DNA of 64,000 nucleotides from Octopus sinensis (GCF_006345805.1 NC_043019.1:2790001-2854000), one strand, 5' to 3'. Shown: positions 48,530-63,157, counted from the first letter of the stretch. A program made the numbers and translations. Notes: generated from the sequence alone by a model not told the origin.

Positions 48530-49814
48530 GCGTGTATATGTTTGTGTGTCTGTGTTTGTCCCCCTAGCATTGCTTGACAACCGATGCTGGTGTGTTTACG
48601 ACCCCGTCACCTAGCGGTTCGGCAAAAGAGACTGATAGAATAAGTACTAGGCTTACAAAGAATAAGTCCCAGGGTCGAGTTGCTCGATTAAAGGCGGTGC
48701 TCCAACATGGCCGCAGTTAAATGACTGAAACAAGTAAAAGAGTATTAACTCTGAACGATTTAGTGACCAAATTGATTATGAAGAAAAGAATTCTTAAATG
48801 TTCCATTTAAGACAGCAATATACAAATTGTCAATGTCTTTTTATCTTTTTTACTTAACTTTTATCTTTTACTTGTTTCAATCATTGGACTGCAGCCATGT
48901 TGGGGCTCTGCCTGGTAGGGTTCTAATTGAATAAATCAACCTCAGTACTTTTTTTTTGAAGTGTGGTTCTTATTCTGTCAGTTTCTTTTGCTAAACCATT
49001 AAGTTATGGGAACATGCACAGACACACTTATACATACACTCACATGCACATACATACATACATATATACATACATGCAAACATCATACATAGTTACTTAT
49101 ATAAAAAGATGGGCTTCTTTTAGTTTCCGACTATCAAATCCACTCGTAAGGCTTTAAAAGTCAGCCCAGGGATATAGTGGAAGACACTTACCCAAGGTGC
49201 CATGTAGCAGAACTGAACATGGAACCATGTGGTTAAGGAGTAAACTTTTTACCATGCTGCCATGCCTGCACTTGTAGATATATATATTACACAATCAAGA
49301 GATAAAAAAATTAAGAATTGCTCTTTTTCATCATAGTTTCAAGGTCAGATGGGTTGGATGCAACAAGTTCAATATTCTGATTCACACATGCATGTTTGTA
49401 CAAGCACACACACATACACACACACACACATATACATGCATGCATATCAAAATCATCATCATCATGGTTTTAACATTTGCTTCTCTATACTTGCATGAAT
49501 CAGATGAGGGCATGTTGGGGGAAAAGAGTTTTCTATAGCTGGGTACCTTTCCAGATGCCAACCCCTGCTTGTTTCCAGGTGGAGGGGTTACATGGAAAGC
49601 TGAAAACAAATCAATAAGCCTTTTATTAACAAATATATTCACAATATGTTAAGAAGACCAGATGTGCTTTCATGGGGATCTATAAGCATCTGACACTGTT
49701 GGTGAGGCTGTTATGTGCAATCTGTGAACACATGGGAAGATGAAGGGAAATACAAGCACACAAAAACACTCTCTCTCTCTATTGCTTCCTCTCTCTTTCT
49801 CTCTCTCTCTCTCT

Positions 49815-50030
49815 CTGTCTTTACTACCCACAAGGGGCTAAACACAGAGGGGACAAACAAGGACAAACGGATTAAGTTGATTACATCAACCCCAATGCAT
49901 AACTGGTACTTAATTTATCGATCCCGAAAGGATGAAAAGCAAAGTTTGAACTCAGAACGTAACAGCAGACGAAATACCGCATAGCATTTCGCCCGTCGTG
50001 CTAACATTTCTGCCAGCTCGCCGCCTATCA
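49815..50030 (-). mobile_element. SINE family B
   Basis: Reverse complement of the B consensus. Confidence 0.8.
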
Positions 50031-51289
50031 CTATCGCTATCTTTCTCTCTCTTTCGCTTCCTCTCTCTCTCTCTCTCATACAAATGTATATAAATAGAGA
50101 GAGAGAGAGCAAATTTTTGATTGGCCTGTGGTGAAAGTAGAAGACAGTTGCCCAAGTTGCCAAATAGTGGGCCTGAGCCAAACACCTGGCTGGAAACAAA
50201 CTTCTTAATCACAGTCATGCTTACACACACACACACACAATTCAGATGTTAATAATCCTACAACAATCACCAGATATTATAATTGCTTTGTTATTCAGAC
50301 GTAAAGAATCCTTCGAGTTTATTCAAGCTTTCAATTTTGCCGATTTCTTCCTTTTTAAAAGAGAATCATTTGAAGCATCAAGAATTATTAACTGTGAGCA
50401 TTATAGTGTTAAGGCACTAATAGAATAATAGATTGATTAAAATGATTTATTCAGTAAACGATGCAAAAGTAATACAATAATTATTGTATACAATTTTGTT
50501 ACTGAAAGCAATAGCGTTAAAAAAGTAATTTCAACATAGAATTAGCTTCCAGAGAAATTGTAAGTAAAGTTTTGGTGAGAATTGTACTTTGTCTCCATCT
50601 AATATTTGTTGTTGTTGTTGTTATTTTTTTCCTCTGCTAGTATCAGATGGTTACATTACATCTTGGCAGCAGTGCTAGCTATTGTTGAAATATATGTATT
50701 ATGCTTGTCAAATGTCAACTTTTCAGTCTTTACATATAACTATATAAATGGTAAGCTTAGCATTTAGCTAAATATTATTAGATATAGCACAGACATGTAA
50801 GAAACTATATTCTCTATGACTCATGTGAATTGCTGCCAGTATGATGTATGTGTGTGTATGTTTCAGCTTTTTGCAGTCTGTGTTCAAATCCTGCATTAAT
50901 CAACTTTGCCTGTCAGCCCTCTGGGAGTTGATAAAATAATGTATCAGTCTAGTACTGAAGTTGATCCCCTCCTTTCAAAATAGTTGGCCTTGAGCCTGAA
51001 TTAAAAACAATTAGAATTATTAAAATGACTAAACATTTTCTGACAGCTGATATCCTCTTTCATGTCTTTTAATATGCAAATAATATTCAAATACATTTTT
51101 GTTTTAGCTTTCAGTAAATTAAATTACATTCATAGACATAGCTTAGTTCAACAAGACAGACTGATAAAATCAGTACTAGGTTTTAAAAAAACTAGTACTG
51201 AGACTGATTCATTCAATTAAAAGTTCTTCAAGGCAGTGCCCCAGCATGGCCACAGTCAAATTACTGAAACAAATAAAACATAAAAGATA

Positions 51290-51634
51290 GACAAGTATAT
51301 TTCAATGGAAATTGTAGTTGTGATACCAGTGCCAATGGCACGCAAAAAGATCCATCCAAACGTGGCCGTTGCCAGCGCCACCTCGACTGGCCTCCGTGCT
51401 GGTGGCACGTAAAAAGCACCAACTGATTGTGGCCGTTGCCAGCCTTGCCTGGCATGTAAAAAGCACCCACTATACTCACAGAGTGGTTGGTGTTAGGAAG
51501 GGCATCCCGCTGTAGAAACACTGCCAGATCAGACTGGAGCCTGGTGCAGCCTCCTGGCTTCCCAGACCCCGGTCGAACTGTCCAACCCATTCTAGCATGG
51601 AAAACAGACGTTAAACGATGATGATAATGATGAT
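51290..51634 (+). mobile_element. RTE 3' UTR and tail, truncated
   Basis: gtgccaatggcacg...gttaggaagggcatcc...gacgttaaacgatgatg. Confidence 0.85.
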
Positions 51635-52724
51635 ATGCATGTTATTGTTCAGCAACAATTTGCTCATGAAAAGAGGATCTCACTGATAAAGAATACTCCT
51701 TGTCTGTTCTGTAGAATGTCTTGGTGAATTAATGCATATATCATCTCTACTTCTTACAGTACCTCAATGAATTGATCCTGAATGTGTCGTTTCTATTCTG
51801 TTGTTATATAAAACAGAAACTACATTGAAATGAAACTGATGTCTAATATATTAAACTCTAAATTTCAAGATGTGAAGTCAAAATATTACACAAGTTTAGT
51901 ATATACTATAGTTTTGTGGTATAGGTCTGTCACATACCATGTCATAGGTTTATGTTGTAGGTTTCCCACATCACTAAATGGACATTAAATGATTATGATG
52001 GTATTTATGATGTTCGTTTGTAACATTGGTTTATGAGACATGTTTGTCTCATGTTTACGATGTAGGTTTATCTCATAGGTTTATGGCATAGATTTGTCAC
52101 CACAGGTTTTTGATGTAGATTTATTGCAGTTTTAGAAGCTTTTAAATACTGAATAATAAACACTTAATTTGTAAAATATATAATATCATACCAAAATAGC
52201 AGTTATTATGGAATATATTTTGTTTTGAAAAGAAGTTTTTGAAATTATTTCACTTTCATCTGCTTTGATAGCAAAGAAACCTGAAAATGTTCTGGATGCT
52301 GCCCCTCCATTTCTGATTAACTGTTTCTTTGTCAAGAGAGAGTTTCACACTACATTCATTTAATGGGTTAGATACAAGCCAAGAAGGACAACTGCTATAT
52401 AGTTTATTCAACCTGCTAGTAATAACAGCTAAATTTTCTAACTAAACCCTATTCTATTAAAGATAATGACACCTAAACCTCCATTGGGTAAATGTAATAT
52501 TGAATACATGATGGCCAAGAAAACGATGAAAGTCCAGAGCTGGAGTACTTTTGGTCATATATTAAGCAAGATCAGGGTTACTCTGGCGCTAAACAACGAC
52601 TGGTTAAATAAACACAGTACACTTGTCCGAGCAATTTGGTCTGTCTCTTTTTGTGACTGCCATCTCAACCACTCTGTGTATCATACGTAAAATAAACGAC
52701 AAAAATCTGTGGAATGTGCCTTAA

Positions 52725-53114
52725 CCCTTTCGTTACTGTATTTATTTTGAGATGCTCTGTGTTTCTTTCAATTGTTTTAAATGTAACAAAGAATTTAGTA
52801 AAATAATTTAGTTATCATTAAGCTAGTGTTAGGAACATAAATTGTGACTAAGGTTTGGTAGAAGATTTTAATTCGAAACTTATGAAAAAAAGACATTTGT
52901 ATTACAAAACCAGAGCCGGTTTCAGCCGGGTTGGTATCAAAAGGGTTAAATATAACAAAAAATTTAGTAAAATAACTTCATTATCATTAAGCTAGTGTTA
53001 GGAACATAAATTGTGACTAAGGTTTGGTGGAAGATTTTAATTCAAAACTTATGAAAACAAAACATTTGTATTACAAAGCCAGAGCTGGTTTCAGCTGGGT
53101 TGGTAATGAGAGGG
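52725..53114. mobile_element. piggyBac-type MITE with tandem duplication of its right about 170 bp
   Basis: TTAA|CCCTTTCGTTAC; right ends AAAAGGG|TTAA (52945) and GAGAGGG|TTAA (53114). Confidence 0.85.
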
Positions 53115-54207
53115 TTAAATATCACTCACACACACACACACACACAACACACACACACTCCATAATAGACCACATTAGAGAAGACAATGAAGCATTACAT
53201 ATGAAGCGTGCTGTTTTTGGGGGGCAACTCCTTCGTTTTTGTTCAACTACCTCAATACGACTATCAACAGCTGGATGACTGGCTGCTCTCATCAACAACC
53301 AGTTTACTAACACATTTTTATTCCATTTATCCATGTATAGCTTGATGATGATGGGGATAATGATGATCATCATCATCCTCACCAATCATCACCATCATTA
53401 TTATTATTGATTGATGATTCTTTTCTTATTTAAGAAAGAAAAAAAAAAAGAACATTTCTGATCAGAAACAAAACCTATTCATGAAGTTTCTGGTCAGAAT
53501 TCATAAATATGAAGAGTTGAAAAAAAAAGTAGGGAATTTTAGAGAAATAAAATCAATTATCAATAAATACATAAATAAATAAACTTTCTAAGAAAATTAA
53601 CAAATAGATAAAACAACAGTGAAAGACATTGAAAGACATTCATAAATCCACTGAGTTGAACCTCATAATTTCTGTGAATTACTCCTGGATTTTCTATCTT
53701 CTTTAGCAACTATTCATAGCAACTGCAACAGAAGTTCAGTTATGTTACGTATCAATTGATTTTCTAAAATGATGTCAGTTGTTGTAAGAAGATACTGATT
53801 TGGTAGAATTCATGTGCAGATGTGTTTGGATTGGTAGCAGCAGCAGATTCTGCTCTTATAAAAAGACATTGAAATTTCTCTAACAATTATGACAATATGC
53901 GTTCTCTTCTCATTCTCGTCTTCACTTATGGTCGCCTACATTTTTTGCTTCGTAAAACACTGTATGGAATTCCATAGTGTGCTGCTTCCTCTTCCATAGA
54001 TACATACATATTTTTTTAGCATTGACATACACGCAACCCCCCCCCCACACACACACAAGTAGAGAACCATGAGCCAATGAGGGAGCACCTACATGTTTGC
54101 TCAACCTGCTAGAAATAGCAGCACCAAATTTATGTATCGCATATGGGGGTTCTTTCGCTTTCTGTCTACTGAATGCATTTACAAGGTTTTGGTTGGCCCG
54201 GAACTAT

Positions 54208-54406
54208 ACTCTTTTACTTGTTTCAGTCATTTGACTGTGGCCATGCTGGATCACTGCCTTTAGTCGAACGAATCAACCCCAGGACTAATTCTTTGTAAGC
54301 CTAGTACTTATTCTATCTGTCTATTTTGCCAAACTGCTAAGTTACGGGATGTAAACACACCAGCATCGGTTGTCAAGCGATGCTGGGGACACAGACACAC
54401 ACACAC

Positions 54407-54481
<75 letters not shown>

Positions 54482-54652
54482 TATATATGACAGGCTTCTT
54501 TCAGTTTCCGTCTACCAAATCCACTCACAAGGCTTGGTCAGCCCGAGGCTACAGTAGATGACACTTGCCCAAGGTGCCACGCAGTGGGACTGAACCCAGA
54601 ACCATGTGGTTCGTAAGCAAGCTACTTACCACACTGTGCCACTCCCACTCCT
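54208..54652 (-). mobile_element. SINE family A, full length
   Basis: Complete copy. Confidence 0.9.
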
Positions 54653-55434
54653 ATAGTGGAAGATAAAAAAAAAAAAAAAAACACTTGTCCAAGGTGCTGC
54701 ACAATGAGATTGAACAAAGAACCATGTGGTTGAGACGCAAACTTCCTAACCACACAGCCATGCCTGTAAGTGCACATCGAATTATGTAGTCCAAGATAGA
54801 TTATTCTAACAAAAGAAGACTGGGTAATTTCAGTTTGAATGTCTTTGATCATAGGTCTCTTTGATCAGCAGCAGCAATACAGAAACTGACAAAACACACA
54901 CACACACATACACACACACATACACATGCAAGGGACACATTTAATGCTAGCTGTTCTTAAATATTATTTAAATTTACATTAAGACGTACTTCTTATTCTC
55001 AAATGGGAGTTACATATTTGCTTGTACATGTAGTGTTTGGTTTACATACATTGTATTGATTCTAGTCAAACAGTTTATTGTTTTTGTGCAATAAAATACA
55101 TATAAAATGATACAATTATTTGTCATTTCCTACTCCATATTATCACTTGCTTACATTTTCAGCCCATTGAGATGATTCCTAATTTGAATATATATTTATT
55201 TGACATGTTCTTGAATAAGACAAAATAACTTTGGATGGACTCATTGTTTTGATAAAACATATTGACATTCAGCTTTAATGCTCTGAGTTCTTTGATTAGC
55301 TTTATCATACTCTGCTGAACAATTACCCCCGGGATCTATTTGTGTGCGTATGCATATATGTGGATTGTATCTTTTCATGCAATATATACGTACACACTCT
55401 CTCTCTCTCTCTCTCTCTCTCTTTCACTGTATGT

Positions 55435-56035
55435 ACAGGTGTGGCTGTGTGGTAAGATCTTCGCTTCCCAACCGCATGGTTCTAGGTTCAGTCCCACTGT
55501 GTAGCACCTTGGGCAAATGTCTTCTACGATAGACTCATATATTGGCCGAAAGGCTTTATTTATTGTCTTTGTCTATCGTTTCAAATTACATTTGTATACT
55601 TTAGTATGTCCACCCTGTATTGTTCTGTTTGCTTGAGCCCTAATTCTATACAAATCTCGTGGGTTCCACCAGTATACAAAGTTCCCAGTCTTCTCATTAA
55701 AGGTATGAAACTGGGTATTAGTATTTTTGGTCGATAACTGAGGAAGGATTAGGGTCCTTGTGTCTGTCCTGCATGTATGTTTTGTAGTATTTAATGCAAT
55801 TTTCATTTATATATATATTTATGTGTTTGTGTGTGTTTGTACCTCGACCACTGCTTGACAACCAATGCTGGTGTGTTTACATCCCTGTAACTTAGCAGTT
55901 CAGCAAAGGAGACCAATAGAATAAGTACTAGGCTTACAAAGAATAAGTTTTGGGGGTCAATTTCTTTGACTAAAATATCCTTTAAGGTAGTACTCCAGCA
56001 TGACCACAGTCAAACAACTGAAACAAGTAACAGAA
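55435..56035 (+). mobile_element. Diverged SINE A with a foreign 280-bp insert (about 55535-55815)
   Basis: 5' and 3' halves flank unrelated sequence ending in TA repeats. Confidence 0.65.
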
Positions 56036-56053
56036 AATAATAAGAGAATAAAA

Positions 56054-56094
<41 letters not shown>

Positions 56095-56343
56095 AAGTTG
56101 GGGGAAGTAGTCAATTACATTGAGCCCAGTGTTTCACTGATACTTAATTTAACAACCCTGAAAGGATGAAAGGCAAAGTTGACCTCAGCAGAATTTGAAC
56201 TCAGAACCGTAATGACAGATGAAATACTGCTAAGCATTTTGCGTGGCATGCTAATGATTCTGCTAGCTGGCTGCCTATAATAATGATGATGATAATAACA
56301 ATAATCAAATTAAAGATAAAAATCAAAAATTAAAATAAGGAAT

Positions 56344-56493
56344 AGGCGCAGGAGTGACTGTGTGGTAAGTAGCTTGTTTACCAACAACATGGTTCCGGGT
56401 TCAGTTCCCTTGGGCAAGTGTCTTCTACTATAGCCTCGGGCCGACCAAAGCCTTGTGAGTGGATTTGGTAGACGGAAACTGAAAGAAGCCCGT

Positions 56494-56546
<53 letters not shown>

Positions 56547-56771
56547 TATATGCGTGTGTGTGTTTGTGTGTCTGTGTTTGTCCCCCCAACATCGCTTGAC
56601 AACCAATGCTGGTGTGTTTATGTCCCCGTTACTTAGCGGTTCGGCAAAGGAGACCGATAGAATAAGTACTGGGCTTACAAAAGAATAAGTCTTGGGGTCG
56701 AGTTGCTCGATTAGGCCGGTGCTCCAGCATGGCCGCAGTCAAATGACTGAAACAAGTAAAAGAGTAAAGAG
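56344..56771 (+). mobile_element. SINE family A, full length
   Basis: Complete copy. Confidence 0.9.
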
Positions 56772-57380
56772 AATGAGAATGTAATCAGAATGTAATGTGC
56801 ACTGGAAATGCATAAGAGATGCAGTTTGATCACAGGTAGGCTGACAGAAGAGGGTTTTTTTTTTCATATTGCAGTTGTGTAAGAGTAAGCATAAGAAGCA
56901 CCATGCACCCACTAATAAATTCATTAAAAGTAATTCATTTCCAGATGATCTAATTAGTTGTGAAAGGGAGATGTTCTAAGCATATAGTAACCGGAGTAAA
57001 AACTGGGTTGAAAAGTTTTAGGAAGCTATTAGTTCTGCTAGCAATTTCAGTAAAGGGCTGATCGAATGATGATTGTATGCAGAGTGAGTTACTATATGAA
57101 TAATAGAACATGGGCATTGAACACAAAAGGATGTGTAAAGGCATGAAAGAAATGAAATAAGCATGCTCCATTGGATGTGTAATGACAGAATGCATAAATG
57201 ACAAAGCACAAATGAGCTGAGAGAAAAATTGCGTGTCAGTAGAAAAGACCGCACTGGTATGGATCAGGATGGTTTAAGCAGCATTATTAGCCCCAGGGCA
57301 AATCAAGGCACTAGACCTTATAGTATTTACTTATTGAGTAAGCCACAGCATACATAGATTAGAATTGAGTCCCTATACCT

Positions 57381-57793
57381 ATTTCTTTACTACCCACAAG
57401 GGGCTAAACATAGAGGGGACAAACGAGGACAGACAAACGGATTAAGTTGATTACATCGACCCCAGTGCGTAACTGGTACTTATTTGATCGACCCTGAAAG
57501 GATAAAAGGCAAAGTTGACCTTGGCGGAATTTGAACTAAGAACGTAAAGACAGACGAAATACCTATTTCTTTACTACCCACAAGGGGCTAAATACAGAGG
57601 GGACAAACAAGGACAGACAAACGGATTAAGTCGATTATATTGACTCCAGTGCGTAACTGGTACTTATTTAATCGACCCCCGAAAGGATGAAAGGCAAAGT
57701 CGACCTTGGCGGAATTTGAACTCAGAATGTAGCGACAGATGAAATACCGCTAAGGATTTCGCCTGGTGTGCTAACGATTCTGCCAGCTCGCCA
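57381..57793 (-). mobile_element. SINE family B head-to-tail dimer
   Basis: Tail duplicated; 9-bp flanking repeat cctatacct at 57372-57380 and 57794-57802. Confidence 0.85.
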
Positions 57794-57839
57794 CCTATAC
57801 CTGTTAGAGCCCTGCTGAACTGCCTGGTGTACTCATGTC

Positions 57840-58060
57840 TTAAGACGGCACTTGCATGGATACGTGATGAGTATGGATGATGATAGTCGGGTAAAGATGT
57901 ACCAAGTGTACCGAGCAGAAGGAAAGTGCAGAAGACAAAGAAAAGAAGTAGTGAAAGTTAATGTTAAGAGACAGAAGGAAGTGACAGAGAAGTGTAATAA
58001 ATGATGAGACATTGTATGAAAGAAGACTCATCCAGTTTATACAAACACGCAAAAATGAAT
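57840..58060 (+). mobile_element. Old RTE C-terminal remnant
   Basis: RRHLHGYVMSMDDDSRVK...EGKCRR parallels RRLRWYGHVTRMAEDS...EGTCGRG at 26.8 kb. Confidence 0.55.
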
Positions 58061-58552
58061 GTAAAAATAATTATATATATATATATATATCATATCTGTA
58101 TGTAAAGCCATGACTGCAGAATATCAAAGCTAGACGTAGGAGAATCAAGAATTGGAATCTTCATCATTCATAACAAGACATCCTGATTCAATAACTGTCA
58201 CAGGAGAATATTGTGTTTATATTTCAGACAATATTTAAGCTCTTGTAACCAAGGAGATGAGCTTACTCATATGTTCCTCTATTGTTATAAAACTGTATTC
58301 TTCTATACACTTCGATGTGCTCTTCATTGTCGTCTTGGAGAGACAATTTTCTTTATCAATATATTCCTAATCGTACTAATAATAGCTGTAACTGGCGAAA
58401 TCAGTGAAGCTGTAGCCACTATGTCTTGTGCTGTTTAGTTATGGCTTTACATTCAGAAATTTTAGTTTCAAATTTGTGTTTCATCCCTTGAGCGTTGATT
58501 ACATATGTACCTGTTACATACTGGGGAAAAAAAAATTAATTAAATAATCAAG

Positions 58553-58784
58553 CACTCTTTTTACTCTTTTACTTGTTTCAGTCATTTGACTCTGTGGCCA
58601 TGCTGGAGCACGGCCTTTAGTCAAGCAAATCAACCCCAGGACTTATTCTTTGTAAGCCTAGTACTTATTCTATTGGTCTCTTTTGCCGAACTGCTAAGTT
58701 ACGGGGACGTAAACACACCAGCATCGGTTGTCAAGCGATGTTTGTGGGGGGGGGGGGGGCAAACACAGACACACAAATATATAC

Positions 58785-58843
<59 letters not shown>

Positions 58844-59015
58844 CATATATACGATGGGCTTCTTTCAGTTTCTGTCTACCAAATCCACTCACAAGGCTTT
58901 GGTCGGCTCGAGGCTATAGTAGAAGACACTTGCCCAAGGTGCCACGCAGTGGGACTGAACCCGGAGCCATGTAGTTTGTAAGCAAGCTACTTACCACACA
59001 GCCACTCCTATGCCT
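58553..59015 (-). mobile_element. SINE family A, full length
   Basis: Complete copy. Confidence 0.9.
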
Positions 59016-60604
59016 ATAAAGAATTAATAAAAGAATTAATTTTAAAAAACTTGTGTATGGTTTATGACTTTCTGCCTAAGGAAATATTGTTTTACATTTG
59101 GAATTTAATTGTAAAGGCATTGAGAAATATATGAATGAGTCTTTATTAATAATGTGTCTTGAAGTGAATTCTGATGTAAAAAACAAAAGCAAAAAATAGT
59201 TGAGAATAAATTAGTTTAAAAAAACTCTTGGATACAGAAAATTGGGTTACAAAACGTGTGAGGATAATATGCAGGCAACTTTTTGTCATTTTTCCCATCC
59301 ATCCAAGATATTTTTTAACCTTGTATTATAAGCTATTATTAGTAGATGAATTCCTTTTGCGACTCATTGTTAATAATTAAAGAATTGTTCTTTATTCTTA
59401 TTAAATTGGTGAGGCTGGTGGATAAAATATCTTGCAGTATTTGTGCCAGTACTAAGGTGGCAAGCTGACAGAATTATTGGCACACTGGGCAAAATGCTTC
59501 ATAGCGTTTCATTGTCTTCGTGTTCTGGGTTCAAGTTCTGCCAAAGTCACCTTTGCCTTTTATCCTTTTGGGGTTGATAAAATAAGTACTAGTTACGCAC
59601 TGGGGTCGATGTAATCAACTAGCCTCCTTCCCCTCCAAAATTTGCAAGGCTATGTGCCTAAAGTAGAAATAATAATAATAATAATAATTATTATTATTAT
59701 TATTATTATTATTAAGAGAATGAGGGCAGTGGATATAAGTATTTGTTCTTGTTCTTTACATTCTGAACTCAAATCTTTGTTCTTCATCCCTCTCAGGTTG
59801 ATAAAGTAACAATCAAATACTAGGGTTGATGGTATCAACTACTCCACCTCTCATTAAAATTGCTGGCTTTGTGCCTAAACCTAAACTATTATTACTTAAT
59901 GAGAAAGCAGCACATGCTATCAAAGTGATGCTGAGGTATGAATATACAAAGTCCAGTATACCCATCATAACTACTCATCTGATAAGGGTGCACCAGGCCT
60001 CTCAACCATAAGTGTATGACAGTGCATGACCTTGCAGGTGGGGCCCAGTTAGAATTTTTTTCAGGTCGAGTAGCCCATCCCATTCAAAAGATCTCTGAAA
60101 AAGAGTTTTTTAAGGATGATGAACAAAACAGCCATGTTTCCTGAGCTGAATTATTTAAACCCCAAAGAATCCCTCTCAAGACATGGCTATGATGCTTCCC
60201 CACTACTCCTGCTCGTGATCGTCAGCCACTAAGGGACATGCTCAACTGGTTAAGATCAAGTAGCTGACCGGAAAATCTATGGCATTGAGCAGAATATTTG
60301 TTGTAGCCCATCTTTTACACCAAAACAAAACATGTGCATGGAAGCCATGAGAACCATGTCTGGTATTGCATCAGGGCATATCATTATCATATATATGTAT
60401 ATATAAGGGTAGTGAGCAGGTAGAACTGTTAGGATGCCAGGCTAAGTGGCATTTCATCTGCCTTTACATTCTGAGTTCAAATTCCACCGAGGTTGACTTT
60501 GCCTTTCATCCTTCTGGGCTCAATAAGTTAAGTACAGTGAAATACGTGGACTGATGTAATCAACTGGTCTCATCCCCAATGCTTGTACTTTTAGTAGAAA
60601 GGAT

Positions 60605-60760
60605 TATTATTATTATTATTATGATGATGATGCTGATCTTCTTCTTCTTCTTCCTCTTCTGCTTCCTCTTCTTCTTCCTCTTCTTCTTCTTCTTCCTCTT
60701 CCTCTTCTTTTTCTTTTTCTTCTTCTTTTTCTTTTTCTTCTTCTTCTTCTTCTTCTTGCA
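60605..60760. repeat. (ATT)n/(GAT)n/(CTT)n microsatellite
   Basis: Seen directly; explains the poly-F and poly-R ORFs. Confidence 0.95.
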
Positions 60761-61650
60761 GAATTGTACAAATGTTTAACTGCAGTTATTTTGGGCTCTT
60801 TACATTCTGAATTCAAATGTCATTGAGTCTGACCTTGCCTTTCATCCTTTTTGAGGTCAATAAAATAAGTTACAGTTGAAAATAAGGGTTGATGTAAGCA
60901 ACCAACCCTTCCCTTCTAAACTTGCTGGCCTTGTGCCAAAATTGGAAACAAGTATTATTATTATGCAAAATGTTGTTTTTTATTGTTCTAAAATCTAAGT
61001 AACAATGGTTGTGAGTATAAGGAACTGAAATACTACTTGATCTGTAAAAACAACTGCTCAAGTGAATAAGCTGTTCTATCCATATGACTTGGTAAAAAAG
61101 GGTGTAAAACAGCAAAATTATAAAGAGAAAATACATAACGTATTTTATTGATTTTTAATGTAACAGTGATTCACAAACTGCAGAAGGAACTGGAGAATGC
61201 TTCATCGTAGAATATGGCAGAAGCATGTGAGAGAGGAACTAAAAACTGAGAGCAAGGAACAAATGCTCAGTGAGTGGTAACACGAAGCAGTTGCTGCATG
61301 AATAGAATGAATAGAATGCCTGCAGCTGAACTCTGTGTAGTGGGGTGGCTGTGTGGATGAGAGAGCTATTGTGAACTCAGATGTTCCTGGTTGCATTGCA
61401 GCTTCTTGGTACTGCTGGAAGCAGTTGCACTATTGCCAGAAGGTGATCTCTAGGCAACAGCTGATGCAGGGAGCATCCTGCTTTGTAAGCTGTATGTAAG
61501 GTGTCTTTTAATTTTTATTCTGCTACTTGTTTCAGCCATTAAGTTGCGGCCATGCAGGGGCAATGCCATGAAGAGTTTTTTATCCAAATGAATCGATCCC
61601 AATACTTTCTTTAAGCCTGGCACTTATTCTATTGGTGTCTTTTGCCAAAC

Positions 61651-62048
61651 TACTCTTTTACTTGTTTCAGTCAGTTGACTGTAGCCATGCTGGAGCACCG
61701 CCTTTAGTCGAGCAAATCGACCCCAGTACTTATTCTTTGTAAGCCTAGTACTGTATTCTATCAGTCTCTTTTGTTGAACCGCTAAGTAACGAGGACATAA
61801 ACGCACCAGCATTGGTTGTCAAGCAATATTGGGGGGACAAACAAATACACACACACACATACATACATACATATATATATATATATACATATATACGAAG
61901 GTGTTCTTTCAGTTTCTCTCTACCAAATCCACTCACAAGGCTTTGGTCGGCCCGAGGCTACAGTAGAAGACACTTGTCCAAGGTGCCACGCCGTGGGACT
62001 GAACCCGGAACCATGTGGTTGGTAAGCAAGCTACTTACCACACAGCCA
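61651..62048 (-). mobile_element. SINE family A, full length
   Basis: Complete copy. Confidence 0.9.
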
Positions 62049-62131
62049 TAAGGACATAAACACTGGTTGACAAGCAGTGATGTAATACAAACACAGACAC
62101 AAAAAAATACACACACACACACACACACACA

Positions 62132-62166
<35 letters not shown>

Positions 62167-63157
62167 GCACAAAATTAATTTAGACAGCTAGTTGCAACGT
62201 GATACCATAAAGGAAAAATTCAATTGTCGCTAAGCGTGGAGTGCCAAAGCACATACATTGCTAGAGATAAGAGTTAAAATACTGTTAATCATTTAGGAAA
62301 TATGCAAATGTATACACACATGCTTAACAGGGGAGGTAGCCACACTTTGACCAAGTCAGTGTATATATATATATATATTCCATCCCATCAAAATTAATAA
62401 AATGAACACAAGTATTGTATAGGGGTTTCTTTCTCTTAACTATTTCTCCCACCACCACCACCACCACATTTCAACAGTTACAATGGGGCTTTGATGATAA
62501 GTAATATAGCCAGGTAAGCTTCTGTAGTGACTTAATCTACATTGACTCACTAGAAACAATAGTCAAATCTCCTGCGAATCACCATTCCCTACTGTTTTTT
62601 TTTTCTTTCTTTTTCCTTTTTTTTTTTACATCAAAGGAGACACTGGATAATGTAATCCTGGATATATAATATGTTTAATCATAAGCAGATATACAATACC
62701 TTTAATCATAGGATGGCTCGGGGCTAAACGATAACTCTTATTCATAGAATGATTATCATTTCTGTTTGAGTATGTTTGTTTAACTGTCAACTCTGTTAGT
62801 TTCATTGGAAATATCAGAACTGTAAACCGAAAATGTTGTGCTTCTGATTTTTCTCATAGCCTGAACTGTATTTACTTAATAGAATTTGTAATTAGATAAT
62901 TAATCTATTTTTATTATGAGTTTTTCTTTTTTCTGTTGTTTCTGTTTCTTGCTGAGTGTCTTCTCGACTCCTAGGGCAAAGAAACTCACTGTATACATTG
63001 ATCAGGCCATTGAAATAAATGCACCAGATTGTTCATTTATAAAATCAGATGGAGTTATGTAGAAAAAAAATTATTTACGTGGGTGGTAATCAGTCTCACA
63101 GTGACGGTGCTCTTCTCAATACCTGTGATATACCTGTTAAAACAATCTTTTGCACTT

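Larger units (their letters stand above)
44912..48743 (+). mobile_element. SINE family A split into 5' (44912-45116) and 3' (48503-48743) halves by a 3.3-kb insertion
   Basis: Both halves are colinear with intact A copies; the break lies in the (TA)n linker. Confidence 0.85.

Noticed and set aside
53855-53980. TATA box followed by a short hydrophobic ORF (MRSLLILVF...)
   Set aside because: Only 26 codons, and TATA-like words are common at this AT content
656-62170. Many 60-130 aa ORFs rich in YI/VC/HT, and recurring MSGFGRRKLKE or DGLLSVSVYQIHSQ peptides
   Set aside because: They are translations of (TA)n/(CA)n tracts and SINE A sequence, not genes
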